NCBI GenBank assembly: GCA_963796055.1
Contig: CAWCKH010000003.1
Location: forward strand, 64,001-128,000
Direction: 5' to 3'
Source: an uncultured delta proteobacterium
GTDB lineage: Bacteria > Myxococcota > Myxococcia > Myxococcales > Myxococcaceae
DNA length: 64,000 nucleotides
A model generated the notes under the pieces. The model searched no databases and was not told where the DNA came from. It saw only the letters and a program-made list of their open reading frames with translations. This document shows, in pieces, positions 49,230-58,983 of the stretch. The position numbers and the translations under genes were made by a program. Positions within the stretch are counted from its first letter, which is position 1, and every line of letters starts with the position of its first letter.

Positions 49230-49408
49230 CCCGTGACGGCTTGGTGGCCGGAGGTCACGATGGACCCTGACGGAGGTCCACCTCTGGGAGGGAGCCATCC
49301 GCACGCTCGCTCGGTCGCTAAAGAACATCCAGGAATGACCAGAGCTTGAGACCCTCCCAGCACAGCTGAACGGGACGGCCAGGGTCGGGAAGCCGAGCAC
49401 CGCCAGGT
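49230..49408 (-). ncRNA. Putative 6S-like RNA (~180-nt rod with central bubble)
   Basis: Nested pairings GGTGCTCGG/CCGGCCACC, GACCCTGGC/GTCAGGGTC, CTGGGAGGG/CCCTCCCAG, GCTC-GGTC/GACC-GAGC; asymmetric central bubble with small 3' hairpin GAGG-TGGA-CCTC; G-U pairs favour the minus strand. Confidence 0.6.
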
Positions 49409-49430
49409 CTGGTTAAGGTCAGTCCCCGCC

Positions 49431-50540
49431 GTGACCCCCGCCCCCGCCACAGCCCAGGTGCAGCAGCCCGCGACGCCGGCCGCGACCCCGACGTTCCACG
49501 AGCGGCCGCAGCCGGATCCGCGCGACCGTGCTCAGCCGGCGCTGCGTCCCGAGCGGCAGGCGCTCCTCCGCGCCCGCATCAAGGACCTCCAGCTCCAGCT
49601 GGCGGGGACGCACCTGGAGCGGCTCATCCACCAGCTCCACGAGGAGCTGGGGGCCCGCGGCATCGACATCCGTCCCCAGTGCTACCTGAGCGACGAGTGG
49701 GGCTGCCCCTCCGGCATCCCGGTCATCGGCATCCCCTTCTACCTCGCCAACCCGGCGCTGCAGTCCATCGAGGGCGAGCTGGGCGGCGGCGTCGAGTCGG
49801 AGCGGGAGATCCTCATGTACCTCCGCCACGAGGCGGGGCACTGCTTCAACTACGCCTACCGGCTCTACGAGACCCCGGCGTGGAAGACCCTCTTCGGGGA
49901 CTACCACCAGCCGTACAAGGAAGACTTCAAGCCCAAGCCTTTCTCCAGGGCGTACGTCACCCACATCCCCGGCTGGTACGCGCAGAAGCACCCCGACGAG
50001 GACTTCGCCGAGACCTTCGCGGTCTGGCTCACCCCCGGCCTCGACTGGGCCCACCGGTACCGGAACTGGGGGGCCGCGCTGAAGAAGCTCCAGTACGTGG
50101 ACGCCACCGCCACCGAGCTCGGCCACCGGCAGCCTCAGGTGGGGCTCGACACCCACGACATCGACGCCGACCAGATGGAGGAGACGGTCGCCGACTACTA
50201 CCGGCTCCGTGACCTGGCCGAGCGGGTCGATCTGGAAATCGGGGAGAAGCTCGACACCGAGCTGTTCCAGCTCTTCGAGCCGCCCGGGTCCGCCCCCGCC
50301 TCGGCGGCCCAGTTGCTGCGCGACCAGCGGCAGACGCTCATCCAGGCGGCGACGCAGTACTCGGGCGTGAACCGCGCGGTGGTGCGCAGCGTGGTGGACC
50401 ACCTGACGGACCGGACCGATCAGCTGAAGCTCACCGCCTCGCCCGATCGAGCCAGCGGATACGTCGCTCACCTCGGCTCGCTGCTCACCGCGCTGGCGAT
50501 GAACGAGCTCTACACCGGCCGACTCTTCGACACCGAGTAG
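49431..50540 (+). CDS. Putative zinc-binding metallopeptidase (zincin, Peptidase_Mx-like)
   Basis: YLSDEW, IPFYLA, LRHEAGH (HExxH), YAQKHPDEDFAETFAVWL, KKLQYV. Confidence 0.85.
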   Translation: MTPAPATAQVQQPATPAATPTFHERPQPDPRDRAQPALRPERQALLRARIKDLQLQLAGTHLERLIHQLHEELGARGIDIRPQCYLSDEWGCPSGIPVIGIPFYLANPALQSIEGELGGGVESEREILMYLRHEAGHCFNYAYRLYETPAWKTLFGDYHQPYKEDFKPKPFSRAYVTHIPGWYAQKHPDEDFAETFAVWLTPGLDWAHRYRNWGAALKKLQYVDATATELGHRQPQVGLDTHDIDADQMEETVADYYRLRDLAERVDLEIGEKLDTELFQLFEPPGSAPASAAQLLRDQRQTLIQAATQYSGVNRAVVRSVVDHLTDRTDQLKLTASPDRASGYVAHLGSLLTALAMNELYTGRLFDTE

Positions 50541-50577
50541 CCGAATCGCGGCGGGCGGCGTAGTCTTCCGTCCAGGA

Positions 50578-51603
50578 ATGCCGCTTCCCCCGCTGAAGAT
50601 CGCCATCCTCCACTACCAGCCGAAGGGCGACGAGGTGGATCCGGTGGTGACGCAGCTCACCGAGGCCCTCACCTCGCTGGGGCATCAGCCCTCCACCGTG
50701 GCGGTGGACGACCGGGTGAGCGAGATCCTCCGGGACATCCAGCGCGCCAAGTGCGACCTGGTCTTCAACGTCTGCGAGACCTTCGCCTCCGACTACCGGA
50801 TGGAGGTCAACGTCGCGGCGCTGATGGAGATGGGGCGGGTGAAGTACACCGGCTCGAGCACCGCCGGCCTGCTCCTGGCCCAGGACAAGGTGCTGACCAA
50901 GCAGCTGCTCGAGTTCCACGAGGTCTCCACCCCGAACTTCGCGGTCTTCGAGAACGACACCTTCGAGACCAAGGGCATCCTCCGCTTCCCGCTCATCGTG
51001 AAGCCGGCCCGCTCGGACGCGTCGATCGGCATCGGCCGGCACTCGGTGGTCCAGAACTGGCAGGAGCTGACCGAGCGGGTCCGGGAGATTCGAGACGACC
51101 TGCAGGACGAGGCTCTGGTCGAGGAGTTCATCGACGGGCGCGAGGTCTACGTCGGCATCGTGGGCCCGGCGAGCAACCCCACCATCCTCCCGATCATCGA
51201 GATGGACTTCGGGAACTGGTCCCCGGCGGTCCCGATGGTGTCCGACCGAGAGGTGAAGTTCGCTCCGGAGACGGAAGGCAGCCCCCGCCTGGTCATCGCC
51301 AAGGACCTCTCCGACGAGCTCCGGGCCCGCATCCACCGCGCGGCGCGGCTGGCCTACCGGGCGCTCAAGCTCCGGGACTACGCCCGCATGGACTTCCGGA
51401 TCGCCAAGACCGGCGAGCCCTACATGCTCGAGGCCAACCCCAACCCGTACCTCGAGAAGACCGGCGAGCTGGCGATGGCCGCGGCGGAGGCCGGGCTGGA
51501 CTACGCCCAGCTCGTCTCACGGATTCTCGAGTCGGCCGCGGTCCGGTACCACCTGCACGTGCGCGAGGCCGCGAGCAAGCGGGCCCGCGCCGCGCAGTCC
51601 TAG
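50578..51603 (+). CDS. D-Ala-D-Ala ligase-like ATP-grasp protein
   Basis: LVFNVCE, YTGS, QDK..TK, FPLIVKP..DASIGI, EEFIDGRE, YARMDFR, LEANPNP; lacks the N-terminal GGxSxE of canonical Ddl. Confidence 0.88.
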   Translation: MPLPPLKIAILHYQPKGDEVDPVVTQLTEALTSLGHQPSTVAVDDRVSEILRDIQRAKCDLVFNVCETFASDYRMEVNVAALMEMGRVKYTGSSTAGLLLAQDKVLTKQLLEFHEVSTPNFAVFENDTFETKGILRFPLIVKPARSDASIGIGRHSVVQNWQELTERVREIRDDLQDEALVEEFIDGREVYVGIVGPASNPTILPIIEMDFGNWSPAVPMVSDREVKFAPETEGSPRLVIAKDLSDELRARIHRAARLAYRALKLRDYARMDFRIAKTGEPYMLEANPNPYLEKTGELAMAAAEAGLDYAQLVSRILESAAVRYHLHVREAASKRARAAQS

Positions 51604-52245
51604 GGCGGCAGCGGCCGCGCCGGACTCTCCCAGACCTCGTTGCGCGCGGCGACCAGGCGGCTCAGCGCCTCGCGTCCGGGGTAGCGCGGCTCGGGGCAGG
51701 CAGCGCCCTGGCGCCCGACGAACCCGGCGACCTGCCTCCCCTGGATGTCGAAGAGCACCACCGAGCAGTCCGCCTCCAGCGGGATGCCGGCCTGCTCGGA
51801 GCCCGGGGTCCGGAGGTTGATCCACTGCCCGCTCAGCCCCAGGCGGGCCGCGAGGTACAGCGGAGCTTCCAGGTCGGCAGGGAGCGGCCGTCCGTCCTCG
51901 GTGACGAAGATCCGAGATCGCCCCGCCGAGGTACGAGGGCGTGTACATCAGCCCATCGGGACGCCGTTCGATGGTCACCCACCCGGACGGCCGGATGAGC
52001 GAGGGCGTCGGGGAGAACGCCCCGACCTTGCGCAGGTCGTCCCCGACGCGCTCGTAGCGGTCGCCGTCCATCCCGGCCCAGGTGCCATCACTCTCCAGGG
52101 TGTAGACGATCGCCGGGGCCGTGCTCACGCTCTGCGCGTCGAAGCGGGTGGACCCGGTGCGGACCCATCGTCCCTTGCTGTCGTAGGTGGCACAGCCGGC
52201 GGCAACGAACGACAGCACCACCGCGACCACGTGCGTGCGCTTCAT
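51600..52245 (-). pseudogene. Hypothetical lipoprotein, paralog A, +1 frameshift near 51914
   Basis: Lipobox AAGC, GGAGGT RBS; removing one base restores IWIFVTEDG..DCSVVLFDIQGRQVAG..RNEVWE, collinear with paralog B; span is 3n+1. Confidence 0.75.
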
Positions 52246-52395
52246 GGGTACCTCCACCCGCGCGCCCGGATCCCCTCGCCCTGGGCACGCGTGCGCTCTG
52301 GATGGCGCAGGCTCTCAGTCTAGTCGACCAGGGGAGCGCCTGGAGAGGGGCTGCAGCCGGTGGTGTGCCACCGAACGTCCGGGTCGGTGGACCGC

Positions 52396-53028
52396 TCAGG
52401 GCTGCTGACGCAGTTGCGTTTCCCAGACCTCGTTGCGGGCTTGCACCAGGCGCGAGAGCGAGTCCTTCGGGTAGTGCGGCTCGGAGCAAGCCGCTCCCTT
52501 GCTCGCTACCCAGCCGGCGACCTGGCGGCCCTGCAGATCGAAGAGCACCAGGGCGCAGTCGGGCTGAAGGTTGACCCCGGCCAGCTCCGAGTGCGGCGTC
52601 CGGGAATCCACCCACTGGCCCGTGAGCCCGAGCTGGGTGACGAGGTAGAGCGGGACTTCCAGCTCGGCGGGAATCGGGCTCCCATCCTCGGTGACGAATG
52701 TCCAGGTGCTCGAGCCAGGCCACGAGGGCGCATACACCAGCCCGTCCGGGCGGCGCTGGATGCGGACGGACCCGGAGGGCCGGATGAGCGACGGAGTCGA
52801 GGGTGAGGCGCCCACCTTGCTGATCTCGTCCCCGATGCGCTGGTAGCGGTCTCCGCCAGAGCCGGCCCAGCTCCCGTCCTGCTCGAGCCGATAGCTCGTG
52901 TTCAGGCCGGTGATGCTGCGGGAGTCGAAGCGCAGGTCGCCGGTGCGGATCCGCCGTCCCGCGCTGTCGTGCGCGGCACACCCCTCGACGAGCAGCGCAG
53001 CGCACCCGACCCAAAGCATCGTCCGCAT
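52396..53028 (-). CDS. Hypothetical lipoprotein, paralog B (210 aa)
   Basis: Lipobox-like VEGC; full-length similarity to the adjacent gene (TPSLIRPSG, RRPDGL, FVTEDG, QGRQVAG). Confidence 0.8.
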   Translation of the reverse strand: MRTMLWVGCAALLVEGCAAHDSAGRRIRTGDLRFDSRSITGLNTSYRLEQDGSWAGSGGDRYQRIGDEISKVGASPSTPSLIRPSGSVRIQRRPDGLVYAPSWPGSSTWTFVTEDGSPIPAELEVPLYLVTQLGLTGQWVDSRTPHSELAGVNLQPDCALVLFDLQGRQVAGWVASKGAACSEPHYPKDSLSRLVQARNEVWETQLRQQP

Positions 53029-53105
53029 TCGGCTCGTCCTCCCCCAGGACCTCGCCGGGAGCGTAGGCGCGGCGCATGCACGGCTCAAGGTCCCAGGGTG
53101 GAGAG

Positions 53106-54728
53106 TCACGGCACCTGGGCAATGCGCGGGCTGCTGGGCCTCGGGAGCGCGGGCCCCTCGAGTGTCGGCCGCAGGTAGTCGACCAGCGCCTCGAGGTCGG
53201 GCGGTCCACCTACCCGGTCGGTGCCCTCGGCGAAGGCGCCAAATCCGTCGCCCCCGGCGGCGAGGAAGCTGTTCACGGTCACCCGCACCCGCGCGTCGGG
53301 CGCGAGGACCCGGCCTTCGACCTTCACCGACCCGGGCACCACCTTGCCGCCGGGTGCGGCGGCCGCGGACCAGGCGTACGTGACGTTGGCAGAGGGCTGG
53401 AGGATCTTCGGGCGGCTGCCCAGCCATTGCTGCTCCAGAGCGGTCACCAGCTGCGCGCCGGTCAGGGTGAACGTGATCAGCGTGTTTCCGAAGGGCTGGG
53501 CGGCGAAGACCTGGGCGTAGGTGACGTCGCCGGCTGGCAGATCGGCCCGGAGTCCGCCGGAGTTGGTGAAGGCGATGGCCGCGCCGCTCTTCCGGCCCGC
53601 TGCCAGGTGGGCGTCGGCCACCAGATCTCCGAGGCTCGACTCTCCGGCCCTGCTCCCCGACTTGGTCAGTGGCACCGCGAGCCGACCCACCCGCTTGCCG
53701 GCCAGCGGCGCGGCCTCCGCCACTGCCCGGTCCACGACCGTCTTGGCCCGCGGATCCGGCGTGACGTCGTGGGTGACGGCCACCTGCGTCGCTCGCCTCG
53801 AGAGCACCCGGTGCTGCACCGGGTCGAGCTCGAGCTCGATGCGGGTGAGGAACCGGCCATAGGCGCCGGCGCTGGTGACCAGCGCGCCCCCCAGCTCCGG
53901 GCAGACGTAGGTCTGGTGGGTGTGGCCGCTGACCACGACGTCCACCCCGCGGAAGCGCTGGGCGATGTCCACCAGGGGACCGCTGAACCCACGGCAGTCG
54001 CCCGGAGAGGAGCCGGGGGACTGCGCACCGCCCTGGTGGATGAGCACCACCACCGCGTCCGCCCCCGCCTCGCGCAGCGTCGGCACGGCGGCATTCACCG
54101 CCTCGGCCTCGTCGCCGAACGTCAGGCCCGCCACGCCGCTCGGCGTGACCACCGAGGGTGTCTCGCGCAGGACGACGCCCACGAAGCCAATGGTCGCCCC
54201 GCCGACCTTCTTGAGGACGGTGGCCGGAAGGATCGTCTTGCCGGTCCGGTCGAAGACGTTCGCTGCGAGGTAGGTGAAGCGGGCACCCGGGAACCCGGGC
54301 CCCTTGCAAGGCCCGTCGGCGGGGCATCCGCCGCGCTGCAGCCTCAGCAGCTCGTCCAGCCCCTCGTCGAACTCGTGATTCCCCACGCTCGAGACGTCGA
54401 GCCCCAGCGCGTCCATCAGGGTGATGCTCGGCTCGTCGTGGGTGAGGGCCGAGGCCAGGGGGCTGGCCCCGATCAGGTCGCCGGCCCCGACGACCAGGGT
54501 GTCCGGGTCCTCGGCCCGGAGCCGGGCCACGTGCGCGGCCAGCCAGGCCCCTCCGCCGGCCGGGACGGTCCCATCCGGAAGTCGGACGGTGCCAGCGGGA
54601 GGTTCGAGGTTCCCGTGAAAGTCGTTGAGGGCGAGCAGCTGGACGTGAACCGGCCCACTTGCCGCGTGGGGAGCCGGAGGCGTCCCGGCGCAGGCGGCGA
54701 GCCCGAGGAGGAGGAACAGACGGTGCAT
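53106..54728 (-). CDS. Bifunctional metallophosphatase/5'-nucleotidase lipoprotein
   Basis: LALNDFHG, AGDLIGASP, GNHEFD, SGHTH, TNSGGLRADL, QPFGN, FLAAGGDGF; lipobox LAAC. Confidence 0.93.
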   Translation of the reverse strand: MHRLFLLLGLAACAGTPPAPHAASGPVHVQLLALNDFHGNLEPPAGTVRLPDGTVPAGGGAWLAAHVARLRAEDPDTLVVGAGDLIGASPLASALTHDEPSITLMDALGLDVSSVGNHEFDEGLDELLRLQRGGCPADGPCKGPGFPGARFTYLAANVFDRTGKTILPATVLKKVGGATIGFVGVVLRETPSVVTPSGVAGLTFGDEAEAVNAAVPTLREAGADAVVVLIHQGGAQSPGSSPGDCRGFSGPLVDIAQRFRGVDVVVSGHTHQTYVCPELGGALVTSAGAYGRFLTRIELELDPVQHRVLSRRATQVAVTHDVTPDPRAKTVVDRAVAEAAPLAGKRVGRLAVPLTKSGSRAGESSLGDLVADAHLAAGRKSGAAIAFTNSGGLRADLPAGDVTYAQVFAAQPFGNTLITFTLTGAQLVTALEQQWLGSRPKILQPSANVTYAWSAAAAPGGKVVPGSVKVEGRVLAPDARVRVTVNSFLAAGGDGFGAFAEGTDRVGGPPDLEALVDYLRPTLEGPALPRPSSPRIAQVP

Positions 54729-54769
54729 GGACCGCCCAGCATGCACCGATCCGGCCAGAGTCCCGAAGC

Positions 54770-55294
54770 TCACAGCCGGAGCCAGACCCCCAGCCCGGCG
54801 TTGACTGCCTGGCTGCCGAAGGCGCTCACCCCGCTGCGGGCGAGGGCGAAGTCCGCCGTCAGCTCCAGATTCAGGCGAAGGAATGCCATGTCGAGAACCT
54901 TCAGCCCGCCTCCCACCCGGAGGAACAGACGGGTCTCGCCCTCGACCTGGATGGGCAGCGAGGCCCGCCCATAGAGCGGGAACGTGGGATCGTCGACCGT
55001 GACCCCGGGACCGATCGACGTGCGCTGGCGCTCGTACCCGGTTCCGGTCGCGGCCAGGCCGGTGCGCAGCTCCAGGTCGAGCCCGACGATGTCGGACACG
55101 AAATAGCTCCCGATGAGATCGACCGCCGGCTGGAAGCTGTCGTTGATGCCGAACGAGCTGCTCTCGCCATTGCTCGAGGTGTGCGCGTAGAGCGGTGCCT
55201 CGAGCGCCAGCCGAATCGACCACTGGGCCTCGGCCCTGCCGGGCACGAGCAGCAGCCCGAGCGCGGCGAGCCCGAGCAGGAGCGGATGCCTCAT
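54770..55294 (-). CDS. Small outer-membrane beta-barrel protein (174 aa)
   Basis: Signal peptide ending AEA-Q, alternating amphipathic strands, C-terminal AGLGVWLRL. Confidence 0.7.
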   Translation of the reverse strand: MRHPLLLGLAALGLLLVPGRAEAQWSIRLALEAPLYAHTSSNGESSSFGINDSFQPAVDLIGSYFVSDIVGLDLELRTGLAATGTGYERQRTSIGPGVTVDDPTFPLYGRASLPIQVEGETRLFLRVGGGLKVLDMAFLRLNLELTADFALARSGVSAFGSQAVNAGLGVWLRL

Positions 55295-55370
55295 TGGCCT
55301 CCGAGGCTAGCCCGGGATCGCCCGGGCGCCGCACGGACGGCGCGCGGCGGTGAGCCTCCGCCGGTGAATC

Positions 55371-56243
55371 TCAGTGCGCCGGCCGCTTCTCCCCGGCGTC
55401 GACCCTGAGCGCGAGGCGATTCTGCTTCGGCGGCAGCGGACAGGTGGCGAAGGCGCTGAACGCGCAGGGCGGGTTGTAGGCGCGGTTGAAGTCGAGGACC
55501 ACCGTCCCGTGCTTCGCCGGGTCGGCGTAGAGGAAGCGCCCGGCCCCGTAGGTCTCGTTGCGGTTGGTCTGGTCGCCGAAGACGAAGAACAGGTCGGGGC
55601 TCCCCTCCTCCAGCACCGGGGTGAGCCGGTACTCCTTGCCGTCGACGGTGAAGACCGCCGTTCCGGGCGACGGCGAGCGATCCACCTCGCCGAGCACGTT
55701 GGGCACGGCGATCTCCACCGGAGGATTGGCCGGCTCCCACCGGGCGACGATCCGCCACCGGGCAGAGGGCGGGTACGTCGGGATTCCCTTGAACTCCTTC
55801 CGCGCGCGCGCCTCCGGGTCCTTGATCCGCACGCCGATGCGGCTGCCGCGGGCGATGAGCTGGAAGCGCAGGCGCCCGACCTGGAGGATGTCCGGGTTCG
55901 CGCGCCCTTCCTCGTCGGTCTGGACCGCGCCGCCGGCGAACGGCTTGCCGTCGCGGGTGACCGGGACCCCCGGCGCGGGCTTGAAGGTGACCTTCGGGCC
56001 CGAGCGGGTGAACGTCCCGACGTCCTTCGGCGCTCCCTCGGGAAAGGCAACCACGGCCTTCCCGTCGGCACCGGCGCTGTTCCGACCCTCCTCGAGCCAG
56101 CCCAGGCCGACCAGGGTGAGCCAGCCGTCCTCGGACCGGAGTCGTTTCAGCCGACCTTCCTCCCAGACACGGGTGGCGGCCACGATGTCCTCGGATGGCG
56201 GGGCGGCCGAGAGCGAGAAGGCAAGCAGGGTGGGAAGCAGCAT
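55371..56243 (-). CDS. DUF1684 domain protein, secreted
   Basis: GWLTLVGL.W, FGDQTN..TYGAGRFL, LDFNRAYNPPCAF..ATCPLPP..NRL..AGEK. Confidence 0.9.
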   Translation of the reverse strand: MLLPTLLAFSLSAAPPSEDIVAATRVWEEGRLKRLRSEDGWLTLVGLGWLEEGRNSAGADGKAVVAFPEGAPKDVGTFTRSGPKVTFKPAPGVPVTRDGKPFAGGAVQTDEEGRANPDILQVGRLRFQLIARGSRIGVRIKDPEARARKEFKGIPTYPPSARWRIVARWEPANPPVEIAVPNVLGEVDRSPSPGTAVFTVDGKEYRLTPVLEEGSPDLFFVFGDQTNRNETYGAGRFLYADPAKHGTVVLDFNRAYNPPCAFSAFATCPLPPKQNRLALRVDAGEKRPAH

Positions 56244-56338
56244 CGGGGCGCTTCTCTAACTCCCCATCCCCGCTCCGGCTCGGTCTGCGGCCGGCCGGCT
56301 CCCGGCGTCCGTCGACTGCGGGCCGTCATCTCCCCACC

Positions 56339-57124
56339 TCAGTCGTCGTCCCGGTCACCCTTCACGTGGAGGAGGAAAGTCGCGCTGGTGGGGTGTCCGC
56401 CTGGGTTGGTGTACGTCGTGACCAGCGTGTGGTCGCCCGGAGAGAGCCGCAGCAGGACGAACCATCCGTCGACGACGGCCACCTGCTGGGTTCCCGTCAC
56501 GCAGGAATCGAAGGCGACGAGACTCGGGTCTCCGGTGAAGGTGAACAGATGCGTGAGGTAACGGTACTGGTCCGGGTCGATGGCCTTGCCGTCGATCGTC
56601 ACGGCCATGTTGGTGATCGCGTCATCGAACGCCTTTGCCCCTTGAGCGAGGAAATCCTCGAGCGTCTGCCCGGGAGCGGGCTGGAAGGTCGGGTCCGGGC
56701 ACGGGTAGTCGTTGAAGAGGGACTGGAAGGTGTACAGCACCGGCGTGTGGGCGGGGATGGCGCAGCTCCGCGTGAAGACCCGGGCCTGGAAACCGGGGAG
56801 GAAAAAGACCGGGCCTGACTGCCCCACGCTGCAGTCTGCATCAGCGTTCAGCTCGGGGTTCGTACCGGCCGGCAGCGAGAAGAGATATCGCCAGTACTCG
56901 GGGATCCACTCGAAGGTGGTCTTTCCGGCCACCACCGCCGGGGGCGGAACGATGTGGAAGCGAGGACCGTCGTCGCTCTCCTGCCTCGATCGTCGCTCGG
57001 CAGACGCCATCCCGGCGCCGGAGACGCCCGTCCCGGTCTGCGGCGAGGGCGCCACCCCCCCGCCGCACCCCAGGACGACCAGGGCAGCGGTCGCGAACAA
57101 CACCTCGAAGCGATCGAATTCCAT
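56339..57124 (-). CDS. Hypothetical Cys-containing lipoprotein (261 aa)
   Basis: GGAGG RBS, lipobox VLGC, YWRY..S.P..NP..C..GQSGPVFFL..R.C.IP..DGW...L.PG.HTL pattern. Confidence 0.8.
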   Translation of the reverse strand: MEFDRFEVLFATAALVVLGCGGGVAPSPQTGTGVSGAGMASAERRSRQESDDGPRFHIVPPPAVVAGKTTFEWIPEYWRYLFSLPAGTNPELNADADCSVGQSGPVFFLPGFQARVFTRSCAIPAHTPVLYTFQSLFNDYPCPDPTFQPAPGQTLEDFLAQGAKAFDDAITNMAVTIDGKAIDPDQYRYLTHLFTFTGDPSLVAFDSCVTGTQQVAVVDGWFVLLRLSPGDHTLVTTYTNPGGHPTSATFLLHVKGDRDDD

Positions 57125-57184
57125 GAGCCACCTCCTCTGGTGGGCGCCGGCCGGAGGAATTCCACCCGGCGCGAGGAGCCACGG

Positions 57185-57281
57185 TGGACCAGCGCTGGCG
57201 CCCGCTGGAGGGCCAGTCCGGCCAAAGCGGACAGGCCAGTTGCGCGGATCTGGTCCAGTCGACTTCTGCAGAACTGGTCCA
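57185..57281. promoter_or_regulatory. Putative MocR-family operator (phased direct and inverted boxes)
   Basis: TGGACCAG 57185, GGCCAGT 57211 and 57234, CTGGTCCA 57250 and 57274; 23-24 bp spacing within each orientation; lies in the divergent gap before the MocR gene. Confidence 0.6.
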
Positions 57282-57341
57282 TTCCGGCGGACCGCCGGGC
57301 GCGGGATACTGCCCCCGGTCGAGGAGGGCCGCGGCACGGGC

Positions 57342-58846
57342 ATGCGCTCCTGGCAGCACACGGTGGTGCTGGACCCCTCGCGCAGCGAGCCGCTCTTCCT
57401 CCAGCTCTCGGAGGCGCTCCAGCAGGACATCCGCTCGGGACGCCTCAGGCCCGGGGCGCGGCTGCCGGGGTCACGAACGCTCGCGGAGTCGCTGGGCATC
57501 CACCGCAACACGGTGCTCGCGGGGTACGGCGAGCTCATCGCCCAGGGCTGGCTCCACACCCGGCCCGCGGGCGGCACCTTCGTCGCCCGGGACCTCCCGC
57601 CGGGGTCGACTCGCATTCCGCGGGAGCGGCTGCGGTCCCGGCTGGGGCTCGCCCCGGGGTTTCCGCTCGGACCGCCCGTCCCCTCCTCCCGCCTCCCGGA
57701 CTTCCCTCCAGGAGTGCTGGTCCTCGCCAAGGGAGCGCCGGACGTGCGGAGGATGCCCGCGGCCGAGCTGTCCCGTGCGTACCGGCGCGCACTCGCACGA
57801 CACGGGCGTTCGCTCCTGGGCTACGGAGATCCGCGCGGCCACCCCCGACTCCGCGCGGCGCTGGCGGAGATGCTCGCTTCCACCCGCGCTCTCCCGGCCA
57901 CCGCGGAGACCGTCTTCATCACCCGGGGGAGCCAGATGGCCCTGGACCTCATCGCCCGCGCGCTGCTCGGCCCGGGGGACGTGGTCGCCGTCGAGGGAAT
58001 CGGACATCCCGGCGCATGGGCGGCGCTGCGGCTCACTGGGGCGTCGCTGGTCCCCGTCCCGGTCGACGCGCACGGGGTGAACGTGGCGGCGCTGGCGTCG
58101 GTGGCAGAGCAGCGTCCGCTCCGGGCCATCTACTTGACGCCGCACCACCAGTTCCCGACGACCTCGGTGCTCCCGGCGGCGCGCCGGATGGCGCTCCTCG
58201 AGATCGCGCGGAAGCACCGTCTGGTGGTCATCGAGGACGACTACGACCACGAGTTCCACTACGACGGCCGGCCGGTGCTCCCCCTCGCGAGCCGCGACGA
58301 GGCGGGGGTGGTCATCTACGTGGGCACGCTGTCGAAGGTGCTCGCCCCGGGCCTGCGCATCGGCTACCTGGTCGCGCCCCCCGCGGTCATCGCCAAGGTG
58401 ACCGAGCTGCGCGCGGCGACGGACATCCAGGGAGACCAGGCGCACGAGTGCGCGGTGGCGGAGCTGTTCGAGGACGGAGATCTGGTCCGCCACGTGCGTC
58501 GGATGCGCCGGGTCTACCGGGGCCGGCGGGACGCGCTGGTGGAGGCGCTCCGGAAGAGCCTCGGCTCCGTGGTCCAGGTCATGCCTCCGCCCGGAGGGAT
58601 GGCGCTGTGGGCGAAGGTCGACCCCGACGTGGACCTCGACCGCTGGGCCGAGCTGGGCGTGGAGCACGGGGTCGGTTTCCTCCCCGGCCGCCGCTACGCG
58701 TTCGACGGCGGGCCCGTGCACGCGATGCGGCTCGGTTTCACCCCGCTGGACGAAGCGGAGCTGGAGGATGCTGCGCGTCGGATGGGCGCCGCGCTGGCTG
58801 AGCTCGCAGACTCCGCGAGGAGGCGGCCGGCCGGCCGGCGAGCTTG

Positions 58847-58847
<1 letters not shown>
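57342..58847 (+). CDS. MocR/GabR-family regulator (GntR wHTH plus PLP aminotransferase-like domain)
   Basis: LPGSRTLAESLGIHRNTV..Y..L..QG, YGDPRG, TPHHQFPT, IEDDYD, GTLSK.L.PGLR.GY. Confidence 0.95.
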
Positions 58848-58918
<71 letters not shown>

Positions 58919-58940
58919 CGGACCACGTTCGGGGCCCGGG

Positions 58941-58969
58941 TTGGTAGCATCGTCGCCCCAGCGCGTCAA
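58941..58969 (-). promoter_or_regulatory. Putative sigma70 promoter of tRNA-Thr
   Basis: TTGACG (58969-58964), 17-bp spacer ending TGC, TACCAA (58946-58941). Confidence 0.55.
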
Positions 58970-58983
58970 AGGCCCGCGCACGC

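Noticed and set aside
49250..49400. c-di-AMP riboswitch on the plus strand ahead of the peptidase/ligase genes
   Set aside because: GGGAGCCA and CAGCTGAAC loosely recall its motifs, but the pairing order fits a single rod rather than the two-junction fold
50578..51603. Housekeeping ddl or a van-type resistance ligase
   Set aside because: Lacks the canonical N-terminal motif, and there is no dcw or vanHAX context
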